From: Raja brachyura
Lineage: Eukaryota
Direction of reading: 5' to 3'
DNA: 64,000 bases
Assembly (NCBI GenBank): GCA_963514005.1
Contig: OY740790.1
Coordinates: 29,512,001 to 29,576,000, forward strand
The notes under the pieces were generated by a model, which saw nothing but the letters and a program-made list of their open reading frames with translations, did not search any database and was not told the origin of the DNA. Position numbers and translations under genes: made by a program. This document shows positions 37,694 to 47,605 of this stretch, piece by piece (position 1 is the stretch's first letter; every line of letters begins with the position of its first letter).

Positions 37694-39619
37694 ATGGAGG
37701 TAAGGGGGGTTTGGTTCTTTCCAGAGAGTAGCAGTTGTAACTTCACAAGTTGGAGGATGGTTGCAGGAGTTTAGGGGTGCATGGGGAGCGGTAACCTCAG
37801 ACCCCTTTATTCTACAAAGTATTCATGGTTATGTAATAGAGTTTATTAATGATAAAATTCCCCCTACGCAGCATGTACCTCATCGCAAGTTTGCGCTCTC
37901 TCAAAAAGAGATAGAGGTAGGACATGCGGAAATTTTAAGATTAGAAGCTAAAGGGGTGATAGAGAAAACGACACATGTACCATTAGAGTTTGTGTCCAAC
38001 ATCTTTACAAGAGCTAAAAAAGATAGTGGATGTCGGATTATCATTGACCTAACCCATTTGAATACTTTTGTACAATACACCCATTTCAAAATGGAGACGT
38101 TTGAGACGGCTAAGCAATTGGTTAGCCAAGGGTGCTTTATGGCCTGCATTGATTTAAAAGATGCATACTATACAGTCCCTATCATAGAACATCACAGGAA
38201 ATTCTTGAAATTTGTCTGGAAGGATCAATTGTGGCAGTACAAAGCTTTACCCAATGGAATCACAACAGCACCTAGGCTATTTACAAAAATTATTAAACCT
38301 ATTCTGGCATGACTCAGAAAACAAAATCATATCGTCATGGCATATTTGGATGATATGTTGATAATGGGGAAAACTTTAGAATTGGCTCAGCTGGCAGTTG
38401 CAGCTACCATATCATTATTTGAGAAGTTAGGGTTTGTCATCCATCCAGACAAATCTAAATTCAATCCATCGCAGGTCATGGATTATCTGGGATTCACTAT
38501 TAACACCAATCAGATGATTGTCACTATCCCAGCTGGTAAAGTAGCTGATATTCAAGAGACATGCAACAGCCTTGGTTGCGCTAGGGTGCTGACTATTAGA
38601 TATGCTGCTAAGGTAATTGGGAAACTTGTAGCTACATTTCCAGCTGCACAATTTGGAACATTACATTATCAAAATTTACAAAGAGCAAAAATTTCAGCGT
38701 TAAAATCAAATGCTGGACATTTTGACAGACCTATGCAGCTGACGATCAAGGCAAAAATTTGACTAAGATGGTGGACTAACAATATTGGTGACTGTTATAA
38801 ACCCATCATTGTCTCCAACCCATCAGTCGTATTACAAACCGACGCAAGCGGCGGGGGAGCGACTGACACCGTGTCCAGTTGTGGTGGCAGATGGGATGCT
38901 CATGAGATCACTCTTCCACAGTCACAAGGGATAAACTATTTGGAGATGCTAGGAGTTTTCCATGGGCTACGGACATATTGCACAAACTTACATCATATAC
39001 ATGTCCGTCTTCAAATAGATAATACCACGGTGGTAGCCTACATAAATCATATGGGTGGTATCAGGTCGGTATCTTGTGATGAATTGGTTACACAATTTGG
39101 CTCTGGTGTATTGAAAGGAATGTTTGGTTATCAGCAACCTATCTTCCAGGGAAGCTTAATACAGTGGCGGACACCAGGTCATGAGTATTAAATGATAACA
39201 TAGAGTGGATGTTGAATCCGCAAATATTTACTGAAATAAAAGCCAAGTTCGGTACACCAGATATTGACCTTTTTGCGTCTAGGTTGAACCATCAGATACC
39301 AACATATGTGTCTTGGGAACCAGACCCTGGGGCAGTAGCAATGGACGCATTTTCTCTCCATTGGGGGAAATGGTTCTGCTACGCATTTCCCCCATTCTGC
39401 CTCATCAGTCAGGTATTGCAGAAAATCAAGTTGGATGCTGCTTCAGGTATACTGATTATACCAGACTGGCCTACTCAACCATGGTGCCCGGTGGTCCTCC
39501 AGATGGTAACAATTCCATGGGGTCAAATTTCGAAAAGCCCTAATTTGGTCACTAACCCTATTACTGTGGAAATTCATCTGTGTCATGGTCACTTAAACCT
39601 GTTGGCTTGCAGGTTCTAA
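37694..39619 (+). pseudogene. DIRS pol: reverse transcriptase, RNase H and DNA N6-adenine methyltransferase-like domain
   Basis: IDLKDAYY, LPNG..TAPRLFTK, YLDD, LQTDAS, INYLEM, IDNTTVVAYINHMGG, PDIDLFASRLN, DAFS..W..YAFPPF; several stops and frameshifts. Confidence 0.95.
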
Positions 39620-40562
39620 GGAGACCACTTCTGGAGGCTGGTATATCACCGAGGGCCATGGATCTAATCACAGCATCGTGCAGAGTATCTACAAGGAAGC
39701 AGTATCTCACCCAGGTCAGGAAATGGGAATCCTACTGCACACGGACTAACATGACGTACAACTCTGCTACGATTCCTGATGTCCTGGAATTCCTGGCGGG
39801 CCTGCATTACGATGAGGGTCTCAGCTACAGTGCCATCAATAGCGCAAGGAGTGCCTTAACATAGGTGTGGGGTCAAACCAGCTGCTGTCTAAATTTATGA
39901 AGGGAGTGTTTAATACCAACCCTCCACGACCCAGATATAACATCACATGGGATGTTGGGGTAGTGATGACCCTACTGAGAAGCTGGTCTCCCATGACAGG
40001 GTTACCGCTTACTAGACTCACCCTCAAAGTGATAATGTTGATGGCACTGACAACGGCACAGCCGGTGCAAACCTTACAAAAACTGCGTCTCGACAGGATG
40101 GTCTCTACCCCTCAAAAAGTAACCTTCTTTATCGAAGAGTTACTTAAGCAGCATAGACCAGGATCTACAGTGCTGCTGCTGGAATTCCGGGCGTACCCCA
40201 CTGATGCCACCCTCTGGATAGTCACCCATCTTCGATATTATATCAAGAATACACGCACCATTAGGAAGATGGAGCAGGGACTACTCATCAGCCATAAGAA
40301 ACCACATCACCGGGTGACTGTGAAGACTACCGCCAGGTGGCTCAGGGAGGTGTTGGATGCAGCAGGTATAGATACTAACATTTTTAAATCTCAGTCTACC
40401 AGGGCTGCATCCACATCAGTGGCGAGGACCATGGAGGTGCCCATGGATCATGTCCTCGCTACCGTGGGATGGACCAGTGAAACCACTTTTCAGCGGTTCT
40501 ACAACAAGCCGGTGACCACCCCCGCAACGTTTGCGGAAGCTGTGCTGAGAGCTGCTCCGTAA
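39580..40562 (+). pseudogene. DIRS tyrosine recombinase ORF
   Basis: SAINSARSAL, PPRPRY..TWDV, (H>Q)STRAAS, GW.SETTFQRFY; 13-nt deletion at ~39855 relative to copy 2. Confidence 0.93.
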
Positions 40563-41097
40563 TTTGATTTGTCCCAGAGTTCGGGTTTTGTTTATTATTT
40601 GTGTTAATAAATATTCATTTACTTTTCAGCCTGTCCAGTCTGGAATGTATTATCAAACTTCCTCCATCAGTATTGCGGCAGTGTGACAGCATGGACGTTG
40701 TCCAGGGCGTGAAATCACAGAGCTTTGAAATCTTCACGAAGTCACTCACGTTACTCCAAAGTAAAATAGTAAGATTAAACTAGAACTTACCAGTTTGAAG
40801 TTTGATCTTTATTTTATGAGGAGTTGCGATGAGGGAGTTCGTGCCCTCTGCTCCCAGCCCTCTATCATAAGTTCAACTGTTATAGTCAAGTCTTAATCTT
40901 GCTATCTTTAGTCAATCTTGTGATCTACGATTCTACACCGTTGCTTTGAAGAATGTCGCGCATGCGTGTTGGTGGGGTCTTCACGAAATCCCTCATCGCA
41001 ACTCCTCATAAAATAAAGATCAAACTTCAAACCGGTAAGTTCTTGTTTAATCTTACTATTAAACACTCCTGACTTGACACACAACTGTTTAATTTAA

Positions 41098-41385
41098 TTT
41101 AATTTAAAGATAGAGCATGGACACAAGCCCGTCGGCCCACAAAGTCCACACCAGCCCTCGATCAGCCATTCACACAAGTTCTATGTGATCCCACTTTCTC
41201 ATCCACTCCCTATGGACTGGGGGCAATTTACAGTGGCCAATTAACCTGGAAACCCACACATCTCAGATGTCGGAGGATACCGGAGCACCCAGAAGAAACC
41301 CACAGAAACACAGGGAGATCATGCAAACTCCACACAGACAGTATGGGGTGAGGAGGCAGCAGCTCTACCAGCTGCACCACTGTGA
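41098..41385 (-). mobile_element. HE1-like SINE
   Basis: Reverse-complement SINE tail, core and head. Confidence 0.75.
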
Positions 41386-41684
41386 GGTATAGTAAAGCAC
41401 ACTTGCAGCAGCATCAGGTGTACCTTATAACAATATTAGATCCATTGCAGTCCGACAAGTATAATAAATCATGGAGCAGCATACTATGAACAGAGATAAG
41501 CTATCCCACAACCAACTGATACATCAAGGATCTGTAATTCAACCAAGTCTAGATATAAATGGTGGTGGAAAGCTAAACTGTGAACTGGAGAAGGAAGCTT
41601 TGCATGCATTATTTACAATGTTGACGTTGGAAGAGGAGGGTTGAGGATCCACAAACCTGTCTTCATCAATGGGACGGAAGTACT

Positions 41685-42090
41685 GCCCAGTCCATCACAG
41701 GTACTGACCTCCCCACCACTGAAGAGATCCATAAGAGGTGCCACTTAAAAATGGCGGCCAGTATCATCTAAGATCCACAAAATGTTGGCCATGCTCTTAT
41801 TTCACTCCTACCATCAGGAAGAAGGTACAGGAGTCTGAGCATTGTGACCACCAGGTTCAAGAATAGCTTCTTCCCAACTATCACGGGGCTCTTAAACACT
41901 GCACAACACCAATCTTAACTATAAAGTATGGACAGTCTTTGGTTGCACTAAGAACTTCAGGATTTTTTCTGCACTAGCAGTGGCGTTATAAAGTTAGTGA
42001 TTGTTTTGTTTATTATATGTTACAAATATGTATTGTGTTTACAGGCCTGTTATATTGCTGAAAGTATGAAGTAAATTGTTCCATTGACAA
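41685..42090 (+). mobile_element. Rex1/Babar-type LINE 3' fragment
   Basis: AQSITGTDLP...LLPSGRRYRSL..VTTRFKNSFFP. Confidence 0.7.
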
Positions 42091-42144
42091 TTAAACAGTG
42101 TTGGCTTGACTCTTCACTATTCCATCACCAGAAGTTCCTAATGT

Positions 42145-42360
42145 GTAGGAAGGAAATTCAGATGCTGGTTTACACAGAAGATAGACACAAATTGCTGGAG
42201 TAACTCCGTGGGTCTGGTCTGGGAAAAAAATAATAGGTGGTGTTGAGTCAAGACCATTCTTCAGTCTGACTTGAAACATCACCTATGTATGTTTTCCGGA
42301 GATGCTACCTGACCTTCTGCGTTACCCCAGCATTTTGTGTCTATCTACCAGAAGTTCCTA
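42145..42360. mobile_element. Palindromic Penelope pLTR-derived element
   Basis: Inverted arms around CTTCAGTCTGA; ACCAGAAGTTCCTA repeated at both flanks (~42127 and ~42347). Confidence 0.7.
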
Positions 42361-43365
42361 CCTTTTATTACTATGGGAGAGACTTTGCCACATAAACTGT
42401 AATGATGCAAGAAGGCTGCTCACAACAATAATCTCAAGTCTGTAGCATTGATATCCTGATCATTAATGTCCAAGTGCCTGCAAGGAATACTGCCGTGCAC
42501 ATGGAATGTTTCAAAGCTAACTGCAGGCAGAATTAAACCACCACATAACACAAAGCTAACAGAATTATTTATTTCTATTGATTCTTTTCTTCTGCTAATC
42601 TCTTTTCCTGTCTTCATCTTTTTATACCTCTTTCCTCATGCGACCGCTCTTTTATTTTTGTTTGTCCGAGTTGTTTATGGGTATTTCCCTGACGATGAAT
42701 CCCCTGTCCTCACACCCTTCACACATGCATAGCTTTTCCTTCCATTTAATCAGCTACACTGAGTTGCAAATGATATCCAGGACACTGATGTTTCTCTCCC
42801 CCCCCCCTTTCCACTGGCAAGTCTGCTTGCCGGTCGGAAGAGCAATGATCCACCGAGCTGCTCACGGCACATGGGATTTGAATTCACAACACCAGCCAAA
42901 TGCTTCAGGATTTCCTCTCTGCCAACTCATGTGGAAGAGAGTAAATCCCAAGGCATGTAACTAGCTTCTCTGGTTATGGCTGGCATTTCAGTCCAAATTA
43001 TTATTCCCACATACTGAATTAAGCAAAATAAAAATCTCTTCCTTTCCAAAGCAGGCAGAGAGAAGTGTCTTTTCAATCCAGTAGCGTTATAATTCTGCTG
43101 GCAATTTACTTCCAGGTGTGGGAGATAATGGAAATCTGAGCAAGAACTTTATTCAGGGATAAACACAGAATTATAGATACTGGTAAATTAAAAAAACCCA
43201 CAAAGTGCTGGATTAACTCAGCGAGTCAGGCATCATCTGTGGAGGACTTCGGGTCAGGGCACTTCTTCAGACCCTTCTTCAGAACCTTATGTGGCTTAGT
43301 CCGTCAGTGGAGGTACCCAGGACAGAAATGTCAGTCTGGGAATGGGAAGGAGAGTTAAATGTTTA

Positions 43366-43486
43366 AGAAGGAACTGCAGATGCTGGAAAATTGAAGGTAG
43401 ACAGAAATGCTGGAGAAACTCAGCGGGTGAGCCAGCATCTATGGAGCGAAGGAAATAGGCAACGTTTCGGGCCAAAATACTTCTTC
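43366..43486 (-). mobile_element. Solo Penelope pLTR insertion with 13-bp TSD, nested in an older PLE fragment (~43185-43545)
   Basis: AGTTAAATGTTTA at 43353-43365 and 43487-43499; minus strand starts CTGAAGAAG..CCCGAAACGTTGCCT. Confidence 0.85.
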
Positions 43487-43789
43487 AGTTAAATGTTTAG
43501 AAACCAGGAGATTCAGTAGCCTTGATGTCTGGGCACCTCAAACTCCATGCACACATCATATACTGAAACAAGAAATGCATATGTAAACATCCTATAGAAA
43601 GATGCACATGTCCACACACCCATCGTATGTCATTGAACGTCAGTGTCCAAACGAAAATCATGTGCGCTCTTTGACATGTCCAAAACTTTAACAGTTTTGG
43701 GCATGTGTGTGAAGCTGTGATGTAGCTTCCATAGGAAGCTTTGGAAGTCAGATTCAGCCTGGTATTCATCCGTGATGATGCATCCAGAC

Positions 43790-44090
43790 AGAGTCATACA
43801 GTACAGAAATAATCACTTCCACCCAACTCTGAGACCACATCAGCAAACGATCACCCATGCACTAGTTCTATCCTAAACTGTAGGGACAATTTAGAGAAGC
43901 CAAGTAACCTACAAACCTGCACGGCTTTGGAGTGTGGGAGGAAACCGGAGAACCCGTAGGAAATCCACATACAAAAATCCACATACAGGGAACGTACAAA
44001 CTCCATGCAAACAGCTCCCCTAGTCACGATTGAATCCAGGTCTCTGGCGCTAAAAGGCAGCAAATCTATCGCTGCGCCACTGTGCCACCC
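43790..44090 (-). mobile_element. HE1-like SINE
   Basis: Reverse-complement SINE. Confidence 0.78.
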
Positions 44091-44508
44091 TTTGGCTCCT
44101 ATCCCTCTAAATCTGAATCTTTCCTAATCATGTATCTATCGAAGTGTCTTTTAAATCCTGTTATCGTAACTGGCTCGTATCGTTCCTGTAGCAGCTCCTT
44201 CCATCTACCCACCACCCTCTTCACCACAATGACCAAGTTTGGTATTCCAAAAAACGCAAGCAATCATGGGATTTGCCAAAGGTCATTCACCTTTTTTTTT
44301 TAAAAGGAACAAAGCGCAGGCTGAAGAAATCGTGCATAAATTCTTATCTTTATTCATAATTTATGTGTAAAAATATATTTAATCTGAGGAACGGGAGTAC
44401 CCTGTGGTCACATTGTAGGAAAATTAATGTATTCCAGACTAGAACACAACGATGATAGTTTGAGTCAAACTATTCTGCTAATTTCAAGGCAATGAATGGC
44501 ATTCTCGA

Positions 44509-44526
44509 TTAGGGTTAGGGTTAGGG
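44509..44526 (+). repeat. Short interstitial telomeric sequence (TTAGGG)3
   Basis: Three exact units, flanked by the direct repeat ATTCTCGATT (44501-44510, 44527-44536). Confidence 0.9.
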
Positions 44527-45682
44527 ATTCTCGATTCCAGTGAGACGCCCATAAATGGTCAACACCTCATCCCCCCCCCCCCCCCCCCCCCAAAAGGAGC
44601 AGGTAGCAGGAGAGCAGGGTGTAACAACGAGAGAGAGGGGGCAGATGCGAGTGGAAGACAGGGGAGGGTGCGCACACAGACACACGCCTGAGCAGCGGGA
44701 TCGAGCCCGGGTCCCCAGCACCGTGGGTGCTGCCGAGCCGCTGCTGGGATGCCCCACCCCACCCCACTCCACTCCGGGTGTCCCGTCCTGGCCAGCGGCC
44801 CCAGCCCACAGCCAGCGAGAAGAAGCACCTACTCCAAATCCGCCTGTCCCGCCACACCAACCGACAGCCCCTGACCGATGACAGCAGCGGCCCCAGGCCC
44901 GCAACCAGTGCGGAGAAGAAGCATCAATTCCAGCTCAACTTCGCTCCATCTCTCGAGGAACCCGCTCCCCAACGGGCCGGGGACTGCCAGCGGCCGCCGG
45001 CCAGCCCCCAACGTGCCTGCGAAAGCCGAGCGCCTGCCATCAACAGGGATACACACAAAGCACTGCAGCAACTCAGCTGCCTCCTCCCCGCACTGGCTGC
45101 AAACCCAGCCCGACACCTCCGGCTGCCCCCGGACAGGGACGGGACACCCGGGAGGGGACAGGGTCGGCCCAGCAGCAACTAAACAGCACTCGCAGCACTG
45201 GAGACCTGGATCCGGATCCGACCCCGACCCGACCACGGACGAGCACGATCTCACTCACTCACCAAAGCATAAAGCAATAAGAATGCCAAAATAATCTTGC
45301 TTTTAACAAAGGAACAATAAATACTACTAATTCATAGTTTGAAAACAGTATTTTCTTCCCTAGAAGAATCAAACCTGAAAAACCCCCAGAAAAAGTGAAG
45401 GAGCATACACAGCTCCACTGCTTTCCAGCAATGTCTATGCATAGTGACCTTTGACCTGGGCATGTGCGGTCAGGATACCAAACTCGCTTTTATTTATGTG
45501 TCGGGTCATGTGTCAGCTTGTGTGGTAGGAACTTAATTGAAGATTTGGTGAGTTGTTGCAATTTTACTGTGAGTAAAATATTCTAATTGATTGAAGTATA
45601 CAGCATGGAAACAAGCCCTTTGGTCCATCGAGTTCATGCAGACCATCAGTCTCCCATTCACAACAGTTCTATGTTATACCAT

Positions 45683-45811
45683 GTTTAAGAAGGAACAGCA
45701 GATGCTGTAAAAATCAAAGGTCAACAAAAATGCTGTAGAAATTCAGCGGGTGAGGCAGTATCTACAGAGCGAAGGAATAGGTGACTTTTCGGTTCGAGAA
45801 CCTTCTTCAGA
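45683..45811 (-). mobile_element. Solo Penelope pLTR insertion with 12-bp TSD
   Basis: ATGTTATACCAT at 45671-45682 and 45812-45823; minus strand starts TCTGAAGAAGGTTCTCGAACCGAAA. Confidence 0.85.
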
Positions 45812-45854
45812 ATGTTATACCATTTTCACATCCTGATAATGAGCAATGTACAGT

Positions 45855-46170
45855 GTAGCATAGTGGCGCAGCAGTAGATTTGCGGCTTTACAGCAACAGA
45901 GTCCCAGGTTCGATCCAGACTACAGGTGCTTGCTGGAAACGGAGTTTGCACATTCTCCCTGGGACCACGTTGCCTTTCCCAGGGAGCTCTGGTTTCTTCC
46001 CACACTCCAAAAATGTACAGATTTGTAGGTTAATTGACTAGGTAAAATTGTAAATTGTCCCTAGTGTGTGTAGGATAGTATTAGCATGTGGGGATCGCTG
46101 ATCGGCGCAGACTCAGTGGGCTGAAGAGCCCGTTTCCACGCTGTATCTCTAAACTAAAAAAACTAAACTA
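45855..46170 (+). mobile_element. HE1-like SINE
   Basis: Full head, core and tail. Confidence 0.8.
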
Positions 46171-46244
46171 CAGAGAACAATTATCCTACAAGCCTGCATG
46201 TCTTTGGAATGTGGGAGGAAATGAGAGTACCTGGAGAAACTGGA

Positions 46245-46688
46245 GGAAAGATTGGATAGACTCGGCTTGTACTCGCTGGAATTTAGAAAATTGAGGGGGG
46301 ATCTTATAGAAACTTACAAAATTCTTAAGGGGTTGGACAAGCTAGATGCTGGAAGATTGTTCCCGATGTTGGGGGAGTCCAGAACAAGGGGTCACAGTCT
46401 AAGGATAAGGGGGAATTCCTTTAGGACCGAAATGAGGAAAACATTCTTTACACAGAGAGTGGTGAGTCTCTGGAATTCTCTGCCACAGAAGGTAGTTGAG
46501 GCCAGTTCATTGGCTATATTTAAGAGGGCGTTAGATGTGGCACTTGTGGCTAAAGGGATCAGGGGGTATGGAGAGAAGGCAGGTACGGGATACTGAGTTG
46601 GATGATCAGCCATGATCACATTGAATGGCGGTGCAGGCTCGAGGGGCCGAATGGCCTACTCCTGCACCTATTTTCTATGTTTCTATGA
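46245..46688 (+). mobile_element. CR1 LINE 3' fragment inserted into a minus-strand SINE
   Basis: ORF 46252-46596 nearly identical to the end of ORF 9473-10108; TTCTATGT tail. Confidence 0.95.
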
Positions 46689-46991
46689 AACCCATTCATT
46701 CACAGGAAGAACGTGCAAACTCCACACACACACACAGCACCCGAGGTCAGGATTGAACCTACATCTCTGGCGTTGGAGGCAGCAGTTCTACCAGTAGTGT
46801 CATTGAGCTACCTATCAAAACACATGTGATATAATTTGTAGTGCTTAACGAAAGTAATAGAAAACTATTTTTTTGTGAGGGGAACAGAACGAAAAAAGCA
46901 ATATCTCATTATCATTAAGGAAAATGTCACCTGCCAGTGTGGGACTGGGACATTTTGAATTTACAAAATGGGTGGCAATAAAGTTCACCCA

Positions 46992-47605
46992 AACATAGAA
47001 AATAGGTGCAGGAGGCGGCGATTCGGCCCTTCGAGCGAGCACCGCCATTCATTGTGATCATGGCTGATCGTTCCCTATCAATAACCTGTGCCTGCTTTCT
47101 CCCCCTTAACTCTCCTAGCCCCTAGAGCTCTATCTAACTCTCTCTTAAATCCATCCAGTGACTTGGCCCTCTGTGGCAGGGAATTCCATAAATTCACAAC
47201 TCTCTGGGTGAAAAGGTTTTTTCTCACCTCAGTCTTAAATGACCTCCCATTTATTCTAAGACTGTGGCCCCTGGTTCTGGACTCGCCCAAAATTGGGAAC
47301 ATTTTTCCTGCATCTAGCTTGTCCAGTCCTTTTGTAATTTTATATGTTTCTATAATATTCACCCTCATCCTTCTAAACGCCAATGAATATAAGCCTAGTC
47401 TTTTCAATCTTCCCTCATATGACAGTCCCGTCATCCCAGGAATCAATCTTGTGAACCTACGCTGCATTGCCTCAATCACAAGGATGTCCTTCCTCAAATT
47501 ACGAGACCAAAACTGTACACAATACTCCAGATGTGGTCTTACCAGAGCCCTATACAACTGCAGAAGCACCTCTTTACTCCTATACTGAAATCCTCTTGTT
47601 ATGAA
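46992..47605 (-). mobile_element. CR1 LINE 3' fragment
   Basis: ORF 47078-47569 LVRPHLEYCVQFWS...NLWNSLP. Confidence 0.95.

Larger units (their letters stand above)
35689..41060 (+). mobile_element. Full-length DIRS1-like tyrosine-recombinase retrotransposon, copy 3 (mutationally inactivated)
   Basis: gag, RT, RNase H, MT and YR in order; ITRs 35705-35733 and 40953-40981; ICR 40731-40843 complementary to both termini; ATT at both junctions (35689-35691, 41058-41060). Confidence 0.97.

Noticed and set aside
37761-40562. RT + methyltransferase + tyrosine recombinase read as a novel prokaryotic retron, DGR or defence system
   Set aside because: Gene order, ITR/ICR structure and vertebrate repeat context identify an established DIRS1-type retrotransposon
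44521-45294. Stack of overlapping ORFs on both strands
   Set aside because: Expected from high GC content; no recognisable domain or exon structure
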